Below the pieces are notes generated by a model that saw only the letters and a program-made list of their open reading frames with translations, made no database searches and had not been told where the DNA came from. The position numbers were made by a program, and so were the translations under genes. Positions 44,451-53,047 of a DNA stretch of 59,103 nucleotides are shown here, one piece after another; the stretch's first letter is position 1; the number at the start of each line of letters is the position of its first letter. Origin of the DNA: an uncultured Gammaproteobacteria bacterium (GTDB taxonomy: Bacteria > Patescibacteriota > Microgenomatia > UBA12405); contig CAZOQV010000003.1 in the NCBI GenBank assembly GCA_964582365.1, positions 1-59,103 on the forward strand. Reading direction: 5' to 3'.

Positions 44451-45675
44451 TGTAATTGATATCGGAACTTCAAAAATTACTACCTTAGTTGGTCAATACA
44501 TTGATGATGAAGATAAATTTAACATCGTTGCTGTTTCTTCAATCCCCTCATTAGGTTTTCGAAAAGGTCAAATAATTAATCTGGAACAAGCTTCAAAAAC
44601 AATTACTCAAAGTATTGAATCTGCCGAAAGAATGGCTGGTTTTCAAATAAACAATGCTCATATTTCTATCTCTGCTCCTCATATCGAATCTATTAATTCT
44701 CATGGTGTAGTCGCCATCAGTAACTCTAATGGCGAAATTGATATCAATGATATCAGTCGTGTTACCGAAGCCGCCAAGGCCATTTCTTTACCAACTGGCA
44801 AAGAAATTATTCATATTATTCAAAGAAAATTCACTGTTGACGGTCAAGAGGGGGTAATTGATCCAATTGGAATGAATGGTATCCGACTTGAAGTTGAAGC
44901 TCACCTAATTTTAGCTTCTAGCCCAGCTCTCAAAAATCTTAAAAAATGTTTTGATGATATTGGTATTAAAGTTGAAAGTTTAACTTATACTGGTCTCAGC
45001 ACTGCTACCGCTGCTTTAACTGACACCGAAAAAGAACTCGGTGTGGCTCTTGTTGATATCGGAGGCAGCATTACCAATATCACTATTTTTAATGAGGGCT
45101 CTCCTGTTTTTTCTTCAGTTATTCCTATTGGTGCCAATAATGTCACTAATGATATTGCCATTGGCCTCAGGCTTTCTATCGAAGATGCCGAAAAAATAAA
45201 ATTAAGATTAATTAAAATTACTGAAACCAAAAAATTTGAAGATGAAATTGATTTATCTCATTTTGATATTCATACCGATGATAAGAAAAAAATCTCTCTC
45301 CAAACCACTATTAATGGCATAATTAAACCCCGACTTGAAGAGATTTTTGAATTAATTTATTCTCAAATTGAAGATAGCGGCTTTCATCAGTCAATTCCTG
45401 CTGGAATTGTTTTAACTGGTGGCGGCGCTATGACTATCAATGCCAAAGAAATTTGTAATCAAATTATCCCCTTACCATTAAGAATAGCTACTCCACCGAA
45501 AGTCGGAGGTGTAGTTGACGATATCATGAATCCAGCTTACACTAGCACCATTGGTCTTTTGTTTCATAATAAAAATGCTAAAAAAAGTAGTGGATCAAAA
45601 AACAAGACTCAAAAAATATCTATGGGTGGTTTTTTTGGTAAAATCAAAAAAATACTAGAACCACTTCTACCCTAA
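44428..45675 (+). CDS. ftsA: cell division protein FtsA
   Basis: Start set to ATG 44428 ([22 protein letters not shown]). Actin-fold phosphate loops [16 protein letters not shown] and LTGGGAM. Confidence 0.88.
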   Translation: MQHSKIINVIDIGTSKITTLVGQYIDDEDKFNIVAVSSIPSLGFRKGQIINLEQASKTITQSIESAERMAGFQINNAHISISAPHIESINSHGVVAISNSNGEIDINDISRVTEAAKAISLPTGKEIIHIIQRKFTVDGQEGVIDPIGMNGIRLEVEAHLILASSPALKNLKKCFDDIGIKVESLTYTGLSTATAALTDTEKELGVALVDIGGSITNITIFNEGSPVFSSVIPIGANNVTNDIAIGLRLSIEDAEKIKLRLIKITETKKFEDEIDLSHFDIHTDDKKKISLQTTINGIIKPRLEEIFELIYSQIEDSGFHQSIPAGIVLTGGGAMTINAKEICNQIIPLPLRIATPPKVGGVVDDIMNPAYTSTIGLLFHNKNAKKSSGSKNKTQKISMGGFFGKIKKILEPLLP

Positions 45676-45677
45676 TT

Positions 45678-46853
45678 ATGGGATTAATCAAAACTCTAAC
45701 AGGACAATTTGCCAAAATAAAAGTCATCGGTATCGGTGGCGGTGGTAATAATGCAATCAATTCCATGATTAATGAAGATGCTATTAAAGGTGTCGACTTT
45801 ATCGCTGTTAATACCGATTCACAAGCATTACTAAATTCTCTCGCTTCCGTTAAAATTCAAATTGGCGAAAAATTAACTAAAGGTTTAGGAGCCGGCGGAA
45901 ATCCTCAAATGGGTCAAAAAGCCGCCGAAGAGTCTCGTGAAAGAATAAAAGAAGTACTTCAAGGCACTGACATGGTATTTATCACCGGTGGTATGGGTGG
46001 TGGCACTTGTACTGGCGCGGCTCCGCTTATTGCTCAAATTGCTAAAAAAGAATTAGGGATTTTAACTATCGGTGTTGTCACTAAACCATTTTTATTTGAA
46101 GGCACTCGTCGCATGACTAATGCTGAAGAGGGTGTCTCCCAATTACGAGAAAATGTTGACACTTTAATTGTCATTCCTAATCAAAAAGTTATGGAAGTTG
46201 TCAATAATAAAGCTACTCTCTTAGAAGCTTTTAAAATTGCCGATTCTGTTTTAAGCAAAGGGACCAAAGCCATTGCTGATTTAATTACTGTTCCTGGTTT
46301 AATTAATTTAGATTTTGCCGATATTAAGACAGTTATGAGCAATGCTGGTTCTGCTCTTATGGGAGTTGGTGAAGCTGAAGGCGATAATAAAATTCAAAAA
46401 GCTGTTAAAGACGCTGTCGAATCGCCATTAATTGAAGTTAATATTGAAGGTGCTAGGGGAGTTTTAATTAATGTCACCGGTGGACCCGACATTACTATGG
46501 CTGAAATTGAAGAAGCCGCTAGAAGCATTACCGAACGAACCGCACCCGACGCTAACATTATTTTTGGAGCCACTATTGACAAAGATCTTAAAGGAAAAGT
46601 TAAAATTTCTGTCATTGCTACCGGTTTTGACACTAGCCGTGCCAACCTTTATCAACACATCAAAAAACCACAACCAACCTTAATAAATTTACCGACCCAA
46701 CCAAAGACAGAACCAGAAATTAAAAAAACACAAGAACCATCAAATCTAAGTGACAATCAAATAAAAGAATTTTTAGATACTAAAGAAGTTCCTGTCGGTA
46801 TCGATATTATCGACGAGTACGACATTCCTGCTTTTTTAAGAAAAAATAAATAA
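45678..46853 (+). CDS. ftsZ: cell division GTPase FtsZ
   Basis: [12 protein letters not shown], tubulin signature [24 protein letters not shown], and a C-terminal IPAFLRK peptide. Confidence 0.95.
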   Translation: MGLIKTLTGQFAKIKVIGIGGGGNNAINSMINEDAIKGVDFIAVNTDSQALLNSLASVKIQIGEKLTKGLGAGGNPQMGQKAAEESRERIKEVLQGTDMVFITGGMGGGTCTGAAPLIAQIAKKELGILTIGVVTKPFLFEGTRRMTNAEEGVSQLRENVDTLIVIPNQKVMEVVNNKATLLEAFKIADSVLSKGTKAIADLITVPGLINLDFADIKTVMSNAGSALMGVGEAEGDNKIQKAVKDAVESPLIEVNIEGARGVLINVTGGPDITMAEIEEAARSITERTAPDANIIFGATIDKDLKGKVKISVIATGFDTSRANLYQHIKKPQPTLINLPTQPKTEPEIKKTQEPSNLSDNQIKEFLDTKEVPVGIDIIDEYDIPAFLRKNK

Positions 46854-46896
46854 AAGACGAAATTTGCCGATTTTTATAATATAATTGACTGTATCT

Positions 46897-49752
46897 ATGT
46901 CTAAATTTAAAAATATTCCAAATAATATCAATTTTCCCACATTGGAAGAAGAAATAATTTCTTTTTGGAAGAATAATAAAATTTTTGAAAAATCAGTTGA
47001 TCAACGTCCTGACGATCATGTTTATACTTTCTATGACGGTCCTCCGTTTATTACTGGAATGCCACATCATGGTCATTTATTGTCTAGTATTGCCAAAGAT
47101 ATTATTCCTCGATATCAAACCATGAAGGGTAAAAAAGTTAAGCGAGTTTGGGGTTGGGACTGTCATGGTCTTCCAGCTGAAAATAAAGTCGAAGAAAAAC
47201 TTGGATTAAAATCTAAAAAAGATATCGAACAAATCGGTGTTAAAAAATATATTGAAGAATGTTATTCCTATGTTCAAAACGTTTCTCAAGAATGGCCTTG
47301 GTACATCGATCATATTGGTCGTTGGGTAGATTACGAACACGCCTACAAAACCATGGATTTGAACTACATGGAAAGTGTCATGTGGGTATTTTCTGAATTA
47401 TATAAAAAAGGTTTAATCTACAAAGGTTGCCGAACTTCACTTTTTTGTCCTCGCTGTTCCACTCCACTTTCCAATTTTGAAATTGCCATGGATAATTCCT
47501 ACAAAGATGTTGAAGATCCAGCCATTTCTATTAAATTTAAATTAAAAGATCGCGATACTTATATTTTGGCTTGGACCACTACTCCTTGGACTCTTCCAGG
47601 AAATTTAGCTTTAGCTGTCAATAAAGATGAAATTTATACCGAAATTAAGGTTAATAACGAAAATATTATTTTAGCCAAAGCCAGATTAGAAGCTGTTTTA
47701 GAGAATCAAAAATACGAAATAGTCAAAGAATTTAAAGGCCAAGAATTAATTGGTTTATCCTACGAACCTCTTTACAATTTTTTTGAAGTTACCGAAAAAG
47801 ACTATAAAATTTATCATGCTGATTTTGTCTCTATGACCGACGGCACTGGCATTGTTCATATTGCCCCAGGTTTTGGTGAAGATGATTCTGTTTTAGGCAA
47901 AGAAAATAATCTATCTATTATTAATCATGTTGATGATGAAGGAAAAATAATTGAACAAGTCACTCCTTTCGCCAAACTTTTTGTTAAAAAAGCTGATCCT
48001 TTGGTCATTGAAGATTTAAAATCTAAAAATTTAATTTTCAAAGAAGAAAAAATCACTCACAGCTATCCTTTTTGTTATCGCTGCAACACTCCTTTAATTT
48101 ATAAATCTCAAACTGCTTGGTATTTGAATGTCCAATCGATTAAACCCAAGATGGAAGAAACTAATCAAAAAATTAATTGGATTCCAGACCATATTAAAAA
48201 TGGCCGTTTTGGACAGGGGATTAAAACTGCCCCAGATTGGTGTCTCTCTCGATCTCGATATTGGGCCTCTCCAATTCCAGTTTGGGAATGTGATTGTGGT
48301 GAAAAATATGTTCCTAGTTCAATTGCTGAATTAGAGGCCAAATCAGGTCAAAAAATAACCAATCTTCACAAACCAGACATCGATGAAGTCACCATCCAAT
48401 GTGATAAATGCGGAAAAGAAGTTAACCGAGTTTCAGAAGTTTTAGATTGTTGGTTTGAATCTGGATCCATGCCTTACGCCGAACGTCACTATCCATTCGA
48501 AAACAAAAATCAATTCGAAAAAGAATTCCCAGCTAATTATATTATCGAATATATTGGACAAACTCGTGGTTGGTTCTACACTCTCCATGTCCTATCCAAT
48601 GCTTTATTTCAATCAGAATCATTTAAAAATTGCGTTGTTACTGGCACCATCATGGGTAATGATGGCCGTAAAATGAGTAAACTTTTCAAAAATTATCCTG
48701 ATCCAAAAATGATTCTTCAAAAATACGGTGGAGAAGCCATGCGTCTCTATTTAATGAGCGGTGTCATTATGATTGGGGAAAATATGAATATGAGCGAAAA
48801 AGAAATCGAAGATAAAGTTAAATTTGTTCTTCTTCCTCTTTGGAATTGTTTAAAATATCTCACCACTTATGCTCAAATGCACGATTGGTCACCCGAGTTA
48901 GAAATTAGAAATTGGAAATTAGAAATTGGAAATTTAAATGTATTAGATCAATGGATCATTACTAGAACCAATCAATTAACCCAAGAATTTGCTCAAGAAT
49001 TAGACAAATATATTATTCCTAATGCAGTTAAATTAATAACTCCTTATATTGAAGATCTCTCTCGTTGGTATATTCGTCAATCACGCGATCGCTTTGTCAA
49101 CGGTGATCAAGAAGCTCTTCAAACTTTATGGCAAGTTTTGGTTCAATTTACCAAAACCGCCGCTCCATTAATTCCTTTTGTTACTGAATATTTTTGGCAA
49201 AATCTAATTTTACCTTTCGATTCAAATGCCAAAGAATCAGTTCATTTGGAACTTTATCCAGAAACAAAACCAATTGATCAAGAACTATTAGACAACATGG
49301 TTTATGTCCGAGAAATTTGTGAGCAGGGGAATATGATTCGTAAAACTAATAATATCAGCACCCGCCAACCTCTTTTCAAAGCAACCATCAACAGCTCTAG
49401 GAAAATAGAATTAAGTGAAGATTTATTATCCATCATAAAAAATGAATTAAATGTTAAAACAGTAGAGACGATCAATCTGGGCGTCTCAAATAAAGATATT
49501 GGCGTCTCAAATTCAAATTTATCTGTCGTTCTCGACACCAATATCACCCCAGAATTAAAAGACGAAGGAGATTCAAGAGATTTAATTCGCCAAATTCAAA
49601 GTCTTCGTAAAGAAAACCAACTTGATCTTAAAGACAAAATAAAGATTTTTGCTCCAGATTGGCCAACCACTTTTGAAAAAGAAATTTTATTAAAAACTCT
49701 TGGTCAAAATATTGAAAAATCAGATATTCTTCGAATTGAAAAAATAAGTTAA
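46897..49752 (+). CDS. ileS: isoleucine--tRNA ligase with an in-frame TTRGAAA array
   Basis: HIGH-type PHHGHLL, WDCHGLP, a CP1 editing region, KMSK (GRKMSKLF) and Zn-type CxxC pairs. Start set to ATG 46897. Confidence 0.9.
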   Translation: MSKFKNIPNNINFPTLEEEIISFWKNNKIFEKSVDQRPDDHVYTFYDGPPFITGMPHHGHLLSSIAKDIIPRYQTMKGKKVKRVWGWDCHGLPAENKVEEKLGLKSKKDIEQIGVKKYIEECYSYVQNVSQEWPWYIDHIGRWVDYEHAYKTMDLNYMESVMWVFSELYKKGLIYKGCRTSLFCPRCSTPLSNFEIAMDNSYKDVEDPAISIKFKLKDRDTYILAWTTTPWTLPGNLALAVNKDEIYTEIKVNNENIILAKARLEAVLENQKYEIVKEFKGQELIGLSYEPLYNFFEVTEKDYKIYHADFVSMTDGTGIVHIAPGFGEDDSVLGKENNLSIINHVDDEGKIIEQVTPFAKLFVKKADPLVIEDLKSKNLIFKEEKITHSYPFCYRCNTPLIYKSQTAWYLNVQSIKPKMEETNQKINWIPDHIKNGRFGQGIKTAPDWCLSRSRYWASPIPVWECDCGEKYVPSSIAELEAKSGQKITNLHKPDIDEVTIQCDKCGKEVNRVSEVLDCWFESGSMPYAERHYPFENKNQFEKEFPANYIIEYIGQTRGWFYTLHVLSNALFQSESFKNCVVTGTIMGNDGRKMSKLFKNYPDPKMILQKYGGEAMRLYLMSGVIMIGENMNMSEKEIEDKVKFVLLPLWNCLKYLTTYAQMHDWSPELEIRNWKLEIGNLNVLDQWIITRTNQLTQEFAQELDKYIIPNAVKLITPYIEDLSRWYIRQSRDRFVNGDQEALQTLWQVLVQFTKTAAPLIPFVTEYFWQNLILPFDSNAKESVHLELYPETKPIDQELLDNMVYVREICEQGNMIRKTNNISTRQPLFKATINSSRKIELSEDLLSIIKNELNVKTVETINLGVSNKDIGVSNSNLSVVLDTNITPELKDEGDSRDLIRQIQSLRKENQLDLKDKIKIFAPDWPTTFEKEILLKTLGQNIEKSDILRIEKIS
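48898..48939 (+). repeat. TTRGAAA heptamer array (6 units = 42 nt), in-frame in ileS
   Basis: Units TTAGAAA TTAGAAA TTGGAAA TTAGAAA TTGGAAA TTTAAAT, read as LEIRNWKLEIGNLN. It lies between the KMSK region and the LDQWII helix of the anticodon-binding domain. Confidence 0.92.
49480..49512 (+). repeat. 12-nt direct repeat GGCGTCTCAAAT x2 (21-nt period) inside ileS, preceded by GTAGAGACG
   Basis: Read as GVSNKDIGVSN. GTAGAGACG at 49462-49470 is complementary to the CGTCTC in each repeat and identical to the left arm of the 39819 hairpin. Confidence 0.7.
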
Positions 49753-49761
49753 ACTTACCTA

Positions 49762-50757
49762 ATGCCAAAATCATCATGGTTACCAACCCTAATTAGCTTG
49801 GTAGTCCTTTTCTGTATTAACATTTTGATGGTTAGTTCTGTTGCTCCTGGTTTAGTTGGAAAACAATTAATAGCCTGGGGTTTAGGATTAATCTTGTTTT
49901 TTATTGGTAAACAAATAAATCTAAAACAACTAAATTCCTACAAATGGCCAATTTTTATAATTTGTTGTATTGCTCTTCTTTTGCCAATTGTTTTAAATTT
50001 TTCCACTCGGGGTTCTCATCGTTGGATTTATATCGCCGGGAGAACCATTCAACCATCAGAATTTGTTAAACCTATGCTTATGTCTTTTTTGGCTAACACT
50101 AATTTTCCTTTTTTAATATTTATTCCCATTTTCATTATTATGGCTCAACCAGATTTAGGCAGTGCCATTTCTGTTTTTTTTCTAATTATTCCTGTAATTT
50201 TTTATAATAAAAAGTTACTCAAATTTTTTATAATTGCCGGATTGTGCTTAATTTTAGCTTCTCCATTAATCTATAAATATGTTCTTCATGATTATCAACA
50301 AAAGAGAATTACCACTTTTTTAAACCCTAAAGACAACCCTTTAAACGAAGGTTACAACGTAATTCAATCTCAAATTGCCATCGGCTCTGGTGGCTTTTTT
50401 GGTAAAGGTTATAAAAAAGGGACTCAGGGTCAATTATTATTTTTACCCGAAAAACACACCGATTTTATGTTTGCCACCACTGCTGAAGAATTGGGTTTTA
50501 TTGGGATATTTATTGTTTTATTTGCTTATTTTTTATTACTCAACGCTCTTTTTAACAAAGCCTTTTCTACTAAAAATCGTCCTCTTTTTATTTTTACCCT
50601 TGGCATAGCTATTCAAATTTGGATGCAAACTTTTGTTAATATTGGAATGAACATCGGGATTTTCCCTGTTACTGGAATTCCTCTTCCTTTTATTTCTGTT
50701 GGAGGTTCATCTTTAATGGCTTCGCTTTTCTCTCTTGGCATTGTTTATTCTTCATAA
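49762..50757 (+). CDS. rodA: SEDS-family protein RodA/FtsW paralogue
   Basis: RTIQPSEFVKP, QPDLGSA, NVIQSQIAIGSGGFFGKG, TDFMFATTAEELGFIG and PLPFISVGGSS. Confidence 0.8.
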   Translation: MPKSSWLPTLISLVVLFCINILMVSSVAPGLVGKQLIAWGLGLILFFIGKQINLKQLNSYKWPIFIICCIALLLPIVLNFSTRGSHRWIYIAGRTIQPSEFVKPMLMSFLANTNFPFLIFIPIFIIMAQPDLGSAISVFFLIIPVIFYNKKLLKFFIIAGLCLILASPLIYKYVLHDYQQKRITTFLNPKDNPLNEGYNVIQSQIAIGSGGFFGKGYKKGTQGQLLFLPEKHTDFMFATTAEELGFIGIFIVLFAYFLLLNALFNKAFSTKNRPLFIFTLGIAIQIWMQTFVNIGMNIGIFPVTGIPLPFISVGGSSLMASLFSLGIVYSS

Positions 50758-50767
50758 TTTTTTATTC

Positions 50768-50795
50768 TTGCTGAATTTTTTTCCTATGTTATAAT
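50768..50795 (+). promoter_or_regulatory. candidate sigma70-type promoter with an extended -10 for rplU-rpmA
   Basis: TTGCTG, 16 nt spacer, then TGT-TATAAT. The -10 box ends only 9 nt before the rplU ATG and no SD is present, so the transcript would be (near) leaderless. Confidence 0.35.
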
Positions 50796-50804
50796 CGAAA
50801 CAGT

Positions 50805-51119
50805 ATGAAATACGCCGTCATTGCCATTTCTGGCAGCCAACACCAAGTTGAAGAAAACAAAAAAATTATTGTCGATAATCTCAATCTTAAAGATGGAGAA
50901 AAATCTTCAACTGATCAAGTTCTATTAACCGTCAATGAAGACAAGGTCATTGTTGGAACTCCAACTATAAAAGATGCCTCTGTTGAATTTACTGTTTCTA
51001 AAAATTTCAAAGGTGAAAAAATAAAAGTTTTTAAATTTAAATCAAAATCTCGTTATCGTAAAACCACTGGTTCTCGACCACAATTAACCGAGATTCAGAT
51101 TACTAAGATTAATTTTTAA
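50805..51119 (+). CDS. rplU: 50S ribosomal protein L21
   Basis: MKYAVIAISGSQHQVEE N-terminus and a FKFKSKSRYRKTTGSRPQLTEI C-terminal pattern. Confidence 0.9.
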   Translation: MKYAVIAISGSQHQVEENKKIIVDNLNLKDGEKSSTDQVLLTVNEDKVIVGTPTIKDASVEFTVSKNFKGEKIKVFKFKSKSRYRKTTGSRPQLTEIQITKINF

Positions 51120-51157
51120 CTAAAAAACTAAAGCTCCAAAGCTCTAATTAACTAATC

Positions 51158-51409
51158 ATGGCACATACAAAATCACAAGGTAAAACTAATCAAAAATCAA
51201 ATCGACCTGGGCAAAGACGAGGTGTCAAGAAATTTGGTAGTCAAAAAATTAATGTTGGCGAAATCATCGTTCGACAAGTCGGTTCTAGTTTTCACACCGG
51301 AAAAGGTGTTAAGGCTGGTAAAGATTTTACTATCTATGCCATCAGACCAGGTATTGTCAAATTCTTCAAAAAATTCGGTAAAAACGTCGTTTCTGTCATC
51401 AAAGGATAA
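51158..51409 (+). CDS. rpmA: 50S ribosomal protein L27
   Basis: MAHTKSQGKT...GQRRGVKKFGSQ.V..G.IIVRQ.GS.FH.G..V..G.D.T.YA. Confidence 0.92.
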   Translation: MAHTKSQGKTNQKSNRPGQRRGVKKFGSQKINVGEIIVRQVGSSFHTGKGVKAGKDFTIYAIRPGIVKFFKKFGKNVVSVIKG

Positions 51410-51475
51410 TATTGATCTAGTTTAAATCATTTTTGGATACTTTTTTCACAACCTTTTTCATAGTAACCTTTTACT

Positions 51476-52315
51476 ATGATGAAACAGGTCACCCAAATCC
51501 CTACCAATCAACTAGAACCTAACCCTCTACAACCCCGAGGAATTATTAATCAAGAATCGATTTCTGAATTAGTTGAGTCTATTAGAGAGCATGGAATCCT
51601 TGAACCTCTAATTGTGGCTAAAACTCCAGCCGGATATCAAATAATCGCTGGAGAGAGGCGCTGGCGATCTGCAAGAATCCTCAAATTGGAGTATGTTCCT
51701 GCCATTATCAAAGAAACAACTCCTCAACAAATGTTGGAGATGGCTATTGTTGAAAATGTTCAAAGAAAAGATTTAAATCCAATGGAAAGGGCTAAGGCTT
51801 TTTTGCGACTCAAAGATGAATTCAATTTTGACAACAATCAAATCGCCAAAAAAGTCAGTAAAAGTGTTCCTTACGTCATCAATTGTATTAAATTACTGAC
51901 TCTTCCTGATGCTATTAAAGATGGACTCTTGTCCGATATTATTAGCGAAGGTCATGCCCGTGCCTTATCTGGCATTGGAGATACCCGTTTAATGATTGAA
52001 GCCTACAAAATTATTCTTAGCGAAAAAGCTTCTGTTCGTCGAGCTGAAGACATCGCCAGAAGAATGAGAAAAAAAATAGAAGAAGGGGATGTCCCTATCA
52101 CAAAAGAAAATTTACCTCAGTTTTTAAAATCGAAAATCGATAATATTAGCCAAGACCTTCAATCAGTTTTTAATAAAAAAACTACCTCCGTTAAAATTGT
52201 TCAAACCAACGTTTTAACTAAAGTAACTTTTCAATTTAAAGGACCAATTGACGAAAGATTTGAAGAATTAAGCAGCCTATATAAACAAATTTGTAAAAAA
52301 GATTTACAAAATTAA
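51476..52315 (+). CDS. parB: chromosome partitioning protein ParB
   Basis: LEPNPLQPRG box, GILEPLIV, IIAGERRWRSA, ENVQRKDLNPMERA and an HTH segment. Confidence 0.9.
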   Translation: MMKQVTQIPTNQLEPNPLQPRGIINQESISELVESIREHGILEPLIVAKTPAGYQIIAGERRWRSARILKLEYVPAIIKETTPQQMLEMAIVENVQRKDLNPMERAKAFLRLKDEFNFDNNQIAKKVSKSVPYVINCIKLLTLPDAIKDGLLSDIISEGHARALSGIGDTRLMIEAYKIILSEKASVRRAEDIARRMRKKIEEGDVPITKENLPQFLKSKIDNISQDLQSVFNKKTTSVKIVQTNVLTKVTFQFKGPIDERFEELSSLYKQICKKDLQN

Positions 52316-52902
52316 AAACTAATTTTTGGAATCAACCCAACTGAAGATACTGGCCAATATTTAAAAAATGCCTTTCCTACAATTAAATCTTTACTTATTG
52401 GACCAAACTCACGACTATCTCGTGAATGTCCTCTATTATCACCAAAACATAAATAATAACCTTCTGGCACTGTCATCTCAACACCTTCCTTGGAATATTG
52501 ACCTCCATCTGTGATTAAATCATCTGGTAAAAAATCTTGTTCTAGTAATTTTCCATTTAAATAAACTTTTCCTTCTTTTACCATAACCTTATCTCCAGAA
52601 ATGCCAATTACCCTTTTGATATATTCACACTCTTCCGCCGCACACGGTTCAGTTGATGGTGCTTTAAAAATAACTACATCACCTCGTTGTGGATCACCAA
52701 AATAATAAGAAATTTTCTCTGTCAATAAAAATTCTTTATCTGTAAAATTAGGAACCATTGAATTTCCTTTAACTTCGTTTGGTTGCGCTACAAAAAGATA
52801 TAAAATAACAAAAACGGCTAAGGCCAAAACTATTGATTGGATAAAATCCAAAATAAAACTACCAATTGACCCTCTTTGACTTTTATAATTTTTCAATTCC
52901 AT
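52312..52902 (-). CDS. lepB: signal peptidase I
   Basis: N-terminal TM segment, GNSMVPNF (catalytic Ser), YIKRVIG (Lys box) and GDNRGHSRDSR. Its stop overlaps the parB stop within a shared TTAA (convergent 4-nt overlap). Confidence 0.9.
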   Translation of the reverse strand: MELKNYKSQRGSIGSFILDFIQSIVLALAVFVILYLFVAQPNEVKGNSMVPNFTDKEFLLTEKISYYFGDPQRGDVVIFKAPSTEPCAAEECEYIKRVIGISGDKVMVKEGKVYLNGKLLEQDFLPDDLITDGGQYSKEGVEMTVPEGYYLCFGDNRGHSRDSREFGPISKDLIVGKAFFKYWPVSSVGLIPKISF

Positions 52903-52967
52903 AATTAACCATTATAGTGTAATTTACCTCATCTTGGTATAATCTAATTTACCAAGAATTGTTTAAT

Positions 52968-53040
52968 GGTCACTTAGCTCAGTTGGTAGAGCACCGCATT
53001 CACATTGCGGTTGTCACAGGTCCGAATCCTGTAGTGACCA
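52968..53040 (+). tRNA. tRNA-Val (anticodon CAC)
   Basis: Hand-folded cloverleaf: acceptor GGTCACT/AGTGACC plus A; D arm GCTC-AGTTGGTA-GAGC; anticodon arm CCGCA-TTCACAT-TGCGG; T arm ACAGG-TCCGAAT-CCTGT. No encoded CCA. Confidence 0.85.
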
Positions 53041-53047
53041 CTCAAAT

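Noticed and set aside
51410-51475. A parS site or parA partner near parB.
   Set aside because: I found no match to the TGTTNCACGTGAAACA-type palindrome in the flanking spacers. Only a direct AACCTTTT x2 repeat is present, and no ParA-like ORF is adjacent. This negative result comes from visual inspection only.
52931-52957. The hairpin CTTGGTA-N10-TACCAAG and the TGgTATAAT box upstream of tRNA-Val, as a defined promoter or attenuator.
   Set aside because: The -35 region (TAGTGT) is weak, and the 7-bp AT-rich stem is unremarkable for this composition. There is not enough support to annotate it as a feature.
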